Shown piece by piece: positions 11,084 through 24,100 of a DNA stretch of 64,000 bases. The DNA is from Vicugna vicugna (taxonomy: Eukaryota): assembly GCA_013265495.1 (NCBI GenBank), contig MU058781.1:4465050-4529049 (forward strand), written 5' to 3'. The notes under the pieces are model-generated. The model worked only from the letters and a program-made list of their open reading frames with translations, did not search any database and was not told the origin of the DNA. The translations under genes were made by a program, and so were the position numbers. Positions within the stretch are counted from its first letter, which is position 1; the number at the start of each line of letters is the position of its first letter.

Positions 11084-12974
11084 GTACCAAGTGCAAAAAA
11101 ATTCTATGCTAGACTCCTGGCAGGTAGAGAAAAATACAAGGAGGTGTAAGATGTGGTTCTTATACTTAATAAATTTTAAAGCTTTGGGATTTGAGATAAA
11201 ATGCACAAAGAGCAAGAACAACTACCACAACAACTAGGCAAGTAATAAAATCAGTCAGGAGTAGTAAGTCTCAAATGCAAGCCCGAGACAATGAGTGCAG
11301 AAGTCTGGAGGAGGGAGATTACTTCTGGCTGGGGAGCTCAGACATGAACTGGATTTCAGTACGCAGAAAGGAAGTATTCTAGCAAGCAAGTCCCTTGCTC
11401 ACACAGTTGCTTCAACTTGAAAGTCTGTGGGAACAGGAAGGAGCCCTGGCAGGAAACTTGTTTGTTCCATGACTACCTTGTCACTGACAGAGGATGACTT
11501 ACTGGGAAGCCCCCTCCTCTCTCTTCATAAGCCCCAGGTGAGTCAGGGCTGTCCCTGAGTCACTCACACTGTAGCTAGGACACGCTGGCCCGGTGAGCCT
11601 CTTAGCTGAGTTCGTCTGTGTTCCCATTCCAAATCTCTGCCCCAGATCCTTGGCTGCCCGCCAAGAGGAGGCCTTTATTTCCATCAAGCAATTGTTGAAG
11701 GCCAAGCAGAGAAGCCCTCTCTGATGTTGAGGGTTTAGGGAACCCAATAAATAGGACCCCTCTTTCCTGCCCAAGTTCTGCAACAATTAAGAGGCCTAAG
11801 AATAAGACAGATAGAGTTTAAAATATCACTATTTTTGCAAGTCAACAGGTCTTGGGTAGAGACTATGATTTCAGGTCTGTGGGATTGTTATTGTTGCACC
11901 ACTGAGCTGAAGTCACCTGGCCAGGGGAAGACAGGAAACCTTGCCACATGGGAAGCTGCCTCTGAAAGCTTAAGACTTGAAGGAACAGAGACACGAACCC
12001 ACAGGGAGCACACTCGTGCCCTGATACTACTGGCAGTGCAGAGATCCCGCGGAGCAGTGCCTGTGTGCCACGTCTAAAACTCAAATCCATCCTGCCTCTC
12101 AACCAGTTGGAGTATTCAGATTTCAGGTTTTCCTGAAAAGATCCAAAGATCCAAAGCCTAGCTGACCTTTAAGTTTCCTTTTCCCACTGAAATTCTCGGA
12201 TTGTACCTCTGTGGATATTCCTTACTAGCGAGCTCCACTATTAGCAGAGCTTTCAACATGCTGATCCTTCTCCTAAGGCAGACAGAAGGGAGAACCTGTA
12301 AGCCTTCTATTGACATAACAGAAATTGTCCCAAATGCTCTCAAATTTATCTTTATTTGTGCTGCTGCCTATAAATTACTTTCTCATGGGACATGGTTTGA
12401 ATTACAGAAACAATCCATTCCTTCCCCATTGGTTGCCAGCCCTTTCCCAGGGTTACAGAATACTTCTTTTTGATGTTCATATCCTAATTTTAATCCAACT
12501 GTTATGTTCTGTTCATGGCCCCTGGAGCTTACATCAGACATAATTCTCAGGCAACAGGAAGTGAGGTTCTGGTAATGTGACCAGTTCTGTTCATTAGGAC
12601 CCTTCCAACAACAAGTTCTCTCTAAAGAGCCTTCCTGACATGTGTTTACAATCACTTGGAGCTATCTCTGTGGCCCTTGAATTGCCTTCCATCTGAAGTG
12701 GCCCTTGGGATAGTGCTCACTCATCCAGCCTGCTCCTGGTTTTCTTGTTTTTTTAACCTGGCATCTCAGGAGGCAAAATGCTCTGACTGAGAAGAGGACC
12801 AAACTCGTATCAAGAGGTCTAGCTTCTTGGCATAGTTCCGTCACCAACAATCCCAGTGACAAAGAGGAATCTGCCTCCCATCTGCCCATCTCTCAGAGTT
12901 ATCACGAGGACAAAACAAAGCAGTACTCGTCGAAACAGAAAACAACGCACACATTTGCCTTGATGAAGTTGGTA

Positions 12975-13110
12975 CAGTTGTCCCTCAGTATCTGTCAGGG
13001 GTTGGTTCCAGGATCCCCTGTAAATACCAAAATTCTCCAATAAAATGGGGTAATACAGTCGACTCGCCATATCTGTGGGTTTCACATCTGCTAACACAGA
13101 GGGCTGGCTG
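12975..13110. mobile_element. MER2-like (Tigger/TcMar) MITE, internally deleted
   Basis: TA target duplications; left TIR cagttgtccctcagtatctg; ggttccaggatcccc...ataccaaaat; right TIR cagagggctggctg. Confidence 0.85.
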
Positions 13111-13174
13111 TATTTTATCATAGTGATCTCATTTATGTGAATGGAGCAAGAAATAATACAGTCCATAACGAAAA

Positions 13175-14210
13175 TGTATTCATTCAAAAAATGTATTAAG
13201 CCCACCAGGGATAACAGCAGGCTCTTGGAGAACCAAGAAAAACAGAGTCCAGTTCAGGCAGTCAAGGGGTTCAGAGTCCAGTGGGCAACCAGTACCCACA
13301 GTGATGAGAAGCACCTCCGTGGATGTGTGCATAAGGTGATGAGGGGCACAGCGGAGGAGGCCACTAACCCTGCGTGGGGAAAGTCAGCAAAAGCCAACAG
13401 GTGATGCTGCAGCAGTCTTGAAGGATGAAAAGACAATGTCCAGGCAGATAAGTCAGGAAAGAACACATCACTCACAAAATCCCCAAGAAGCAAAAGAACA
13501 GAGCATATTCAGAGAATGGTAGTCCGTCAGGGTGTGGGAGTGCAAAGGGTGTGTCAGGAAGGGGTGAGGCTGAAGACTTGTCCCCCTGCTGCTGGACGTC
13601 ACACTTGTTCTATGGGCAGAACAGGGCCAGCAACACACTTTAAGTACGGCTATACTAGTCATGGTCCAGGCAAGAAACACGTGGCACACTGAAACTGGGA
13701 GTCTAAGAAGAGTTTACAACGGGATTATGTTCAAAGGTGTGGACGGGGTTTAGGGAAGCCACAAGCAGTCCTGTTGCCAATAAACAGTTACTGAAACTTT
13801 GAGGAGAGAGTCGTGTGGAGAATGCCATCTGATAGGAGCTGTGAGCATCAGCTGACGGACGCAGTCAGTGTGTGGGGACCTCCAGGGAATTAAGTGACAC
13901 TTCTCATTGCTCCCAACGCTCCCATCTCACCAGTGCCTCCCATGGGCCAAACCCAGCCTGAAGCCAGAGAGCAAAGCAGCTTTGGGGAAGAGGGCAAAGT
14001 GACAAGTAGGGCCCTGGAGGGACAGGTGAAAGCTGCCTAGCGCTGGGTAAGTGACACTACATTGGGACTTCATGAAGCTCATCAGGCAACAGCCTGGAGA
14101 AAGGGATCTGGGAGAGAAGAGGGGAAGTAAGACATAATCCAGGTGAGAAATGATGGGGATTTGACATGGCAGTGGCAGCAGCAAGGAAGGGGTGCAATGG
14201 ATTCCAAGAA
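13175..14210 (-). mobile_element. L2 fragment interrupted by an LTR33-like LTR (about 13650-14035)
   Basis: L2 reverse-strand motifs (attcattcaaaaaatgtatt, gtcttgaaggatgaa, taatccaggtgagaaatgatgg) on both sides of LTR33-like tgcctcccatgggccaaacccagcctgaagccagagagcaa. Confidence 0.65.
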
Positions 14211-14499
14211 TGTGTACAAGAATGTGTACAGTCCAAAGAACTTTGATGGTTACTCGCTGAAATGTCTCAAAAGTTCTTTCTCATACGTCCACAGCTCATC
14301 AGGCAATAAATAAAACAGCAAAGAAACCAGATAACTCTGTGGGATACAGATTGTTACTGCTGATGTCTGAGATCTGTCTTTCTTCAAGCTGTTGATTTTG
14401 GTGGTGGTACCATACCTTAGATTTGAAAGCTAAAACCTTAAGTGGTTTCATCCTTGTTGAATATCCTAATATTCACAATCTGAGAAGAAACATGGTGAC

Positions 14500-14937
14500 T
14501 GCAGTGGGCTAAGTGGTGGCCCTTAAAAAGATTATGTCCACATCCTAGAGCTTGTGGTGTGATTTTATTTAGGAAAATGATCTTTGCAGATGTCATTTAC
14601 TTAAGGATTTCAAGATGAGATCATCCTGGATTGCCTGGTGGGCCCTAAATCCAATGACAAGTGTCCTTATGAGAAACAGAAAAGGAGAAGACATGGAGAC
14701 ACAGAGAAAAGAAGGCCACGTGAAGACAGGGGCAGAGACTGGTGTTAAATAGCCACAAGACAAGGAACACCCAGAGCTACAAAAAGCTGGAAAGGGTCAG
14801 GAAGCATTCTCCCCTGGAGACTTCAGACACCTTGCTTTCAGATGTGCAGCCCCCGGAACTGTGAGAGAATAAATTTCTGTTGTTTAAGCTGTCCAGTTGG
14901 TGGTAATTTTCTACGGTAGCCCTAGCAGACAAATACA
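14500..14937 (+). mobile_element. MaLR solo LTR (MLT1C/D-like)
   Basis: ctttgcagatgtcatttacttaaggatttcaagatgagatcatcctggatt...gaactgtgagagaataaatttctgttgtttaagc...aataca. Confidence 0.92.
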
Positions 14938-15894
14938 GCAATGAACCAAAGAAAACCATATTCTGATGGCGTGACGTCTGGGCTATACTCTGAAAGAGGC
15001 CGAATATCAACTTTAGTTTTTTCCTGTGTCAGTCACATTTGGTGAGTGAAAGTAGTGCCTGGCTGAAAAAGTAAATGCTTCAGGTTGACTGAAGCCAGGT
15101 AGCAAAGTTTTAAAATTCCTTGTTTGCACCCCCAGATGTGCAGATGTGCAATATTCATGCCACAACCGGGTGAAGCCAGCTTACCTACAGAAAACTTGTG
15201 CCATTCACCAACACTCATCGTCACCTGTGCCCAAAGCCGTCTTGCCAAACCACCAGATGAAACTTTGGCTCAGTTCAGCACTCAACCCAAGGAGTGCCTT
15301 TAACTTCAGCTGCTAGAACGTTTGTCCCAGAGGAAAAACACAGCAGCTACACTTGCTTATTTGATGTCACATACCCTGGGTGCTGCAGCTGAGCCAAATG
15401 AAATAAAATCTGCATTAAAGACAGGACATCAAAGCCATTTTGAAACATGATTTGAAGTGATACCAAATGTGTTTGCCAACTTTCACTTTACCAACCAAGC
15501 TTCTTCCCTTTATGGGAAGGAACTTCTGAGACACTCTAGCATACAGGGATACAAGAGACTGCCAGAAAATGTTCCAGTCTGTTGCTTGGGTATCTGTGTA
15601 TACGGTGGTATCACTGAACAAACAAGGCAGCCCAGCAGTAAGAGCAAGACTGATGAGGTGCGACAGAGATACAGGGGCTGCCATTTTGACCGTGTTGGAT
15701 GTAAGATGCCTGAGGTCACAAGGTTTAGATTTCTGGTAAGCAGTTTTAAATATGTCTGAGCTTAAGAGTAAAGTTTAAGAGAACATTTCAGATGACTGTT
15801 TTCCCCTATAAAAGCAAAAAAAAAAGAATTTTTGGATGTATCTCTTTCTAAATATCATTAATTTATAAAAATCAAACATAGAACCTAATTTCCC

Positions 15895-16440
15895 TTCTAT
15901 GTAGCTCCAGGTTTGCTCCTTCTTACCAAAAGCAAGATTTCCATTTGAATTTACCTTGCTCCCATGCAGCCATCTGACCCAGTTCCTAGATCCCAGAGTG
16001 TATCCTCATTAGCCTAAACCTCTAAGGTTTAGACTAATGGTTTAGACTAAGGTTGTTCCATCCTTCTTGTTACGAGTTAAAGATGGGCCATGTGACTCAG
16101 TTCTAGCTAACATGATGGAAGGATTAAAGGCTTTCTGGGAAGGGAGGTTCACTGCTTTCCTGCAAGCACTGGAAACCAGCTCCTTCTCACTAACTCGCGC
16201 TCTCTGGACATGATAAGGGAGCACTACCACTAATGCTAGTGGCAATCCTCCTCTGCCCGTGAGGAGACCCAGCCTCGGGGTCAAGTCAGCACCACACACA
16301 CAGAGATGGAGATAACCTGGCTTCTTTTGATCATCACTGAACCACTGGATCGACCTCTCTCCTGAGCCAACAGGTGTCCTGATCACTTAGGCCACTTTCA
16401 CATCTTCTATTAAGTGCCAATGCCAGCAGCTTAACCTACA
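15895..16440 (+). mobile_element. Old MaLR LTR (MLT1K-like)
   Basis: gatgggccatgtgactcagttctagc and tcatcactgaaccactggatc blocks; heavily diverged. Confidence 0.5.
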
Positions 16441-18645
16441 CAAGTGTCTTCTGATCACCTTACCCTAGACCCCTCTGATGAAGCCCCGGTCACTTGTCAG
16501 TTGCCATTTCCTAGTGACAAATGAGACAACACGGGTTAAAGCCCCTAGCATGGAACTTAGCACACATGAGGCACTGGTAAGTGTCGGCTCCTGTCACTTT
16601 GGCTTGCTTTTCAGCTTTGAGCACTACCTTCCCCAGATCCCCACCACTGCTTCTGAAATGCTTTGTGTGCCAGGAGCCAGGTCCCAGCAGGCGTCCGGAC
16701 AGTTGAGTGGTTAGAAGCCCTGCTGCCTGGGAGGACTGTCCCTGGGACATGCCCCAAACACAGCAGGGAGTGAGCTGCCTTCCACATTTGATGGCCACTG
16801 TGACTAGTCACAGATTCTTTCTTTTCAAGGGATTCAAGCACCAATACCATGAGAAGCTCAGTAAAATTTTGTTTCTCATCATTCACAGAGAGTTCAGGAT
16901 GTTCACACCTGAGTCATCATTGCCAGTATCAGCCCTCATGTTGCAGATGTGCAGAAAGACTGATTAATAAAAAAAATTCTGATTACTACGATGTTCACAG
17001 TATCACAAAAGGAGAAGGCCAAGACTCTGACCAGTAACTTCTTTTGAAAAAAAAACCTCCGGATTTCCCCTCCCTTTACCCTGAATGTCTTAGTTCTGGG
17101 ATTTGGGCCCATGAGAAGTTGTATAAATCCTCATTCACAGGCGTGTCTCAAAATTTCCTGAGCTACAACACTGCCTTAGAATGGTCTGTTCTATAACATT
17201 CTAAGACACCTTCCAAGAATGGTTCTGTTTTTGTCCTTTGGGGGATTTTTTGGTTAAAGATCACTTGAACTTGATATGTGAATCTTACAGTACTCTCGTA
17301 AAACACTTGAAGAGTCCTTGAGATATCATGAAAACAAGTGCTGAAACACTGGTCTGGGAATCCCGGCCTGGGTGGAAAGTGCTCTCCTCTCCTTGCCAGG
17401 GACTCACTCTGGTGGCTCAGGGCTTGTCACCAGATCTGCAGGAGCTCACCTTCCTCTGTCTGTCTGGGGGGAGATTTCGGATTCATTAGATACAGCATAC
17501 AAAGTGCTTTCAGTTTTCCGAGGGAAAGGCATTATCACCCCCCAGGTGTTAGGGCACACTCACACATCAGGGAGGGAGCAGGGGAGGACAGGGGTAGGAT
17601 CTTTTTTTCCACAGAAGTGTCAGCTAAAACCAAATGCCCCCAACAAAGCCAAGACTTAGAAACCACCTAAAATTGAGAAGATTCTGATTACTGCTTTAAC
17701 CATCAAAATTCGAAATTTCCTGCAAACTTTGAGAAAACAAAATCTTGATGAGCCAGTCCAAACTTCTCTGTCACATATGTTAAAACCCTCTTCTCCCTGA
17801 AAGACTGTGAAGTATCTGGTAATATTTTAATATTTACACTTTTATTTCTCCACCATAAAATCACCTCAACTTTGACTTAATGCAAATATGGGAAATCTTC
17901 AAATGTAAAGCGAAGCCAAGCTACTCACAGAAGGGAAGCCTTGTGTCAACCTTCATTACCACATGCCAAAAATGTCACACAAATGCACTAATTTACTAAA
18001 ACCAAGACAACACTAGCCCACCAGTGCTCAGGAGTTCCCTCTCAAACACGTGCAGTGCTAACAAAGTACTGAACCTTAAACTCATTTGGAAAATGAACTT
18101 GTGAATTTTTTCCGTTAGCAGTTGCCACTGGGTGAACCCGCCTCCAAGCCAAACAGCTGAAACTCAGCTTGTCTTGTTTCCCTTGAGTACTGAGTTCTAA
18201 AGGCCACTAGTTTCAATACATTTTGCCAGAAATAACGTGAAGACTTCCCTGAACAGGCACCAGAGCCCTTGTAATGATGCAGTCATTCTAAATTAACACC
18301 TGAACTTAAAATAACTAAACCTGATTTTTGCTTGTGATCAAAATTTATATTGGAACACTTCTGTGGAGGTGAAATCCAGTGCATTCACACCATGCAGGGT
18401 ACCTACTGACAAACAAGAATTGGAACTGGACATTTAAGTCCAAATGCCAAAAGAAAAACTAAGGCTGTTTCTGAAAAGAAAAGTTTAGCTACCTTGTCAA
18501 TACTCTGGGTTGAATCTAAGCCTGGGCTGGGTGAAGGAACTAGTGGGCAAGTCTTCCTCTTTCAAAAGATTTTCTCTTTCTGCAAACATCTGCTACAAAG
18601 TAGCAACATGAAAAAAATATGAAGAGAGAGCAAAGATTATCTGCA

Positions 18646-19180
18646 AGCCCCCAAACTGGAAACAACCAAAACGTCCTCAGATAAGTAAATGTTTGGTACA
18701 CCACTCAGCGATAAGCAGGAATCAACTATCAACACACCCAGCGACTTGGATGGACCTCAAGGGCATTACGCTGATGAAAATAAAAAGACAGTCTCAACAG
18801 ATCAGACACTGTACAATATCATTTGTATGGTGTTCTCAAAGTGACAAAATTACAGAATTGGGGAACAGATTAGTGGCTGTCTTGGGTTAAGGATGGTGAG
18901 TGAATATGAACACAAACGTGTAGCACGAGGGGGATCTCCATGGTGATGGAATAGTCTGTATCTTGACGGTTACACGAATCTACACATGTGATAGAGAGGT
19001 TTACAACTCTCCACATACATTGTACCAATGTCAGTTTCCCAGTTTTGATCTAGTACTATTACTACATAAGAGGTGACCTTGGTGGAAACTGAGTAAAGGG
19101 TACACAGGATACTCTGTATTATCTTTGCTATCACTGCAATTTTTTGCAAATCTATTAATTATTCAAAATAAAAAAGTAAA
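18646..19180 (+). mobile_element. L1 3' end (L1MD-like)
   Basis: aaactggaaacaacc...ttggatggacctcaagggcattacgctga...gtgacaaaattacagaa...ggaaactgagtaaagggtacacagg...aaaataaaaaagt. Confidence 0.88.
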
Positions 19181-22100
19181 GAGAGAGCAAAAAGGAACAA
19201 GGAAGCAAGAGGAAGAAAGAAAGAAAGAGAAAGAATCAACTTGGGATGAATACTGACAACTCCAGAGATGAAAGGTAACAGGGATATTTGGAAGACGGGA
19301 CAGTAAGAGTAAATATCAGAGGTTACAGTCAGGCAAGTTGACAACCAGAAACTGTTTGGACTATAAATTGTAAATGAATTCAGTGGACAGAGAAGGGGAA
19401 AGATCACTGAACTGTTACTTTTGAATGACAAGGACAGAACTGAAGCACAGTGAGTTAGAAGGCTGCAGTTAATGTGGCGGCAGTAGCTACAGGAAGGTCC
19501 GGTGGGAAGAGAGGTGGGGCGGGGTTGGGGGGGTGGCTGTAGCAGCTGATGCTCCCTCAAATGTGACAAACAGCAAATGAGAGGAAGAAGAATGATTGGA
19601 GGAAATGTCTGACCTAGAAAGAAGTACTGGAAGGAAGATGAGCCACAGAAATCAGTAAGTTGATAAAGAGGAGGCAAAATTATTGAGCTTGAGCAGAATT
19701 AGTGATCAAGTAATACTGAAGTGATCGAAGAATATCACAGGTAGGTGCGTGAGAAGGAGAAAAGAGCTCCCTCTATTTGGGAAAAATGACAGAAATCAGA
19801 TCTTCAATGAAGACAAACGATGAGCAGCAAAACACAGTGACCTCTGGAAAGGTGTTCTCTACGTGAGTTTAAAGCCAACACCACCACATTCTGAATTTCC
19901 TGGATTTATTTAATGAATATATTTGATAGCCTAGTGTATGTCAAGCATATATCATGCCTGATGTTCATCTCAGAAAATATAAACTTTAATGAGCACCATT
20001 CATGTAAAATAACACTAAGCTGCAGGAGGGTGAATTCTGCATGGGAGGAAAGAGTTTACAAGCCAACTTTTGGGCAAACATCTTGGGAATCTCCCAGGGC
20101 AGTGGACCAGGATCACTAAACTTCAGTGTCCCCAAGAACATAAGCAACCAATAATATTAAAATTAAGAAATGAATATAGTAATTCTAAGATCTCTGACAT
20201 TTAGTACGGTCATTAAGGACTTCTTATCATACAGGAAAACGTGAAGTTTCCGATGTCCACAAGAGACAGTGGGAAATTCCAAGGAGGGCAGTTTCTAAGG
20301 AAAGAGAAGGGAGAACGATTGCTGGCCATTCTCCATGCATGGAGAAGCTAAAAAACAAAATACCAGTTTCCCTCCAGGCTACTGGGTAAATATCAACTCA
20401 GAATTCTTTGGACGCACTCACTCAACAGTGGGGAAAGAACTGATGTCATCCTGAAAATGCAGCTGGACAGGAATCCATTTCTCTCTACTGCCACTAAGCC
20501 CAACGTCTAAGCCTTGGATAAGAAGTCGGCAAATTACCTAGAAATTAAGAACCTGAAGCTTATGGTAATTATTGCCAGATATTATTCCCTGATACATTAT
20601 GTTCCTGTGGCAATACAAAGAAAATTTCATTTTTCTTAGCAGTTTTACATGAATTTCTTGCAAGAAGCAGAAACATGTAATTTTTGGAGGAATGCTTTGA
20701 TAAGCGTGATCCACGCCTGGGTGCCCAAGGGCTGTGAGTGGCTGGCGCCAGGGACTGAGAGAAGTGAGGACCAGTTAAGTGTTTCTGAAAAAGAATCAGG
20801 GTGGGTAGAGGGGAAGAATTGTCTACAACGGAGAATTTGAGAAGCTACATGGTAGAAAGTTTAAAAGACACAAAGGCCAACAGCAGAGACTAGACTTGGG
20901 GAGACACCTTTCACGGCAATTTGGGGAATGAAGTCTGAGCACTGTGAGATGTAAATTCCTCTTCAGTCTTCCTTACAAAACCTTCAGTGAAATCTGCATC
21001 CTCAGCCTTATGGAGTGAATTTTCATTGAGGGAAACGTGAAGAAGAGCAGAGCCCTGCATCAAGGCTGGCACCAGGGCAAGAACATAGGCTGTAGAAGTT
21101 ACCTGTTTATCAACTATGATTCAATTAAATGTATGAAGGACCAGAGGAAACAAAGTACAGGATGGAAGGAGCAGGGAGATTGTAGATTGAGCACCTTCCT
21201 CTTTTACTAAGTTTTTAAACTCTTGAGTCATCTACTCTGTTGGTCTCCAAACAAGTTCTGTAGGAGAGGTGTGACCGTCTGAGGTTTACTGCGTGGGTGT
21301 CATCTCATTCATTCCCTCCAGCAGCTCAAGCAGCCTTAAGTGTGACAAAGACCTTCTCTGCTCTGACAGCCTTTTCCCTTCCCACTATCTCAAAAGCCTT
21401 CCCATCCTCCTCAGAAACAAATCTATGCATCTTTAAAGAGATTACACATATTTTGTTGTTCTGTTGCTGCTTCTTCCTATGGGCTATCATCTGATTACAG
21501 CTCTTCTTTTTGTAAAATATTATGGTGAACTGTTTTACCAAATCACCAGATAATCTCTTTGACGTTGCCTTAAATACTACTTTTTCCAGAAGGGTTGGCC
21601 ATTCAGGCAAGTCAGAAAATGGAAGTGAGTCTATATCTTTATGCTGAATACAGACTGTAAGTTTCTTTTTGTTCCAAATGGTAAAATAAAATACAATACA
21701 TGCATATGAAAGCAATAGATTGTGAGATAGCGGAGCTGGCTTCATCCATATGCCCATCTGTGAAACTAGAGAGGCAGAGTGGCTTCTCAGCAGGGAGACA
21801 GCAGCCTGGGAAGTGGAATTAGAACAAGTCTTGGAGCAAGAAAGACCTGTTCTCCAATCCTAGCATTGCCCTTGCTGCTGTACACTCTTGAGAAAGTTTC
21901 TGAACTGCTTGAAATGTCATGAAAAATAAGAACAAAGTCTGCCTTACAGATAACAGGAAGGAAAATGCAAGGCACATAGTTCTTTATCCCCAACCACACA
22001 AATATTAATTGATCAGAAAAAAAAATTAACGACACCCTGCTCCCCCAACTCATATAGTATTTCTCTAAGTCACCTTTTTTTAACTCTGTCCTTTCTTTGC

Positions 22101-22947
22101 CACAATTCTGCCTCTTGTTTTTTTCCATACTGCCCTCTTCCAGGATGTAATTATTCTCCCAGTCCTCAGAAGAAACAGAGCTGCAATAATTCGCTATAAT
22201 AATCAGGAGTGTCCGAGGTACCCTGAGCATCGAGATGCTAGATTGTTGGGTGAGGTGTGACGGCAGTGTCAGGTGTTACCCAGTGTGGACACTGAGGCAG
22301 AGGCGGCCCCATCAGGGCAGAGAGCTGGTTATTTTCCAGTTATCAAAGGGGCTTTATTCTCCTTGTTCTCCTGAACAACATCTCCAAAATCCTCTTGGTA
22401 AAGTATCTTTCATCGTGCATTCTCTGCTCAAAAATTTGTCAGTCATCCAATCCTGAAATACCTATTGACTGTCTCTCCCAGACTCTCCCTCAGTCGTCAA
22501 TCAAGATGATGTTCGCTTTACCCCAGCAACAGAAGACCAAGGCAAGTGCTGTGCCCATGAGGCTCCGCGCCTGTCAGAAAGCTTTCTCTTCCAGTCTCTC
22601 CAGCCTTCTCCCTGGCTGTGCGGCAGAAGCCCCGACTGCAAGAAGCCATCACAAGAGATTGTGGATAAAAAAAACCACAAGAAACAATTTTTTAATACTC
22701 TCTTGCTTTTCTATAGTTCTTGAGGCAAATTCTGCACTGGCATCATAGGCTCTCTCCAGCCTGTGGCCATTCCTCTCTTGCTCTGCTTTCTCACCAGGTC
22801 TGACTAGTTTGCATCCCCCATGGCTGCGAGCAAAGTGCTGAGCAAGTACTTGAGCTCATTGTAGACACAGTGTCTTGCTTTAATTTCTTCTAGGATCTCA
22901 AGTAGATAGATTGGCTTGGTTCTTAGGTCTTTGACCCACCTGGTGAG

Positions 22948-23129
22948 AAGGGCTGCCAGATTTCACAAAATAAACACAGGATGCCCAGTTCAATTTGAAT
23001 TTCAGATACACGATGGAAATTTTTGTACATTCCATGCAATATTTGGAGCATATTTTATATTTTAAAAATTCATTGCCTATCTGAAATTCAAATTGAACTG
23101 GGCATCCTGTATTTTATCTGGAAGCCCTC
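22948..23129. mobile_element. MER53 palindromic hAT-type MITE
   Basis: agggctgccagat...atctggaagccct termini; perfect 33-bp inverted arms 22976-23008 / 23078-23110; 8-bp TSD ctggtgag / ctggtgtg. Confidence 0.92.
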
Positions 23130-23879
23130 CTGGTGTGTCACCCAAAACTGAGCAAGGGAGTAGTATATATATAAAGCTGGTGACACCTGGACAACAGAGA
23201 TGGCTTCTGTGCAGCAAAACTCATAATCCCTGACTCCAGGAAAGACAGAAGGAGAAGAGAGGATATACCAGAGCTGTCTAGCAACTTCACATATACGAAT
23301 AATCTGTCTGGAAAAGGAGGGGGCTTTGTCCCACTCTACTGAGTCAAGGTGGCCAGTGACATTTTACGTGATGGTGCAAGATGGGTTAAGCAGGGAGGTG
23401 TGGAGGCAGAAATGACTGCGGAAGAGTGATGTACAGCGACCGCTGCCCTTCTAAGGAAACAATTTCTTCCACAAGAGTTCCCACTGGCTCTGCCTTTTAA
23501 ACATGTCTTAAATCCATGTTCAGTGGAGGTGATGAGTGTGGTCCAGTGGGCTCCCTGGAGAGTCAGCACCATCCACTAAGTCATCCCACTCCCCAGAGCT
23601 GCAGCCTCAGGTATTTTCAGACAACAGGAAAACAAACACCCAAACCCAGAAGCCAGGCACAACTCCAGAGATTCTGGGCAGCTCCCACAGTACCCCAGAG
23701 AGCTGGCAGCCTGTTTTCTACCTAGAAAATGAAGGCACTTTCCCTTTGTAATGTGATTTCTTGGCTGGAGAGGAACTGTTAGGCACCCTGAGATGCTCTG
23801 TAGAAATGCAAGATGATACTGTATTGTATTAATGTCACTTAATGGTAGCTGTCAATGATCGTGATGGAATAAATATGGA

Positions 23880-24100
23880 AAAGGAAATTACTGTAATTGA
23901 TTGACAGTCTGGAATCTTCCATATTCGACCTAATGAGAGGAACCTATGAGCAGCAGCTTCCAGTGCAGGCTATTAATGCAAATCATATGCACCGTACTGG
24001 CATGCTGAATTATGCAATGCCATATGAGTGTCTAATCCATTTCACCAGGCTTGTCTTTATCCAGAAAAAAAATATTTCACTGACATGCTGATTAGTGTAT
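23880..24100. promoter_or_regulatory. Candidate developmental enhancer (PBX-MEIS and POU octamer motifs)
   Basis: TGATTGACAG 23898-23907, ATGCAAAT 23976-23983 and several TAAT cores in sequence with no recognisable repeat. Confidence 0.4.
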
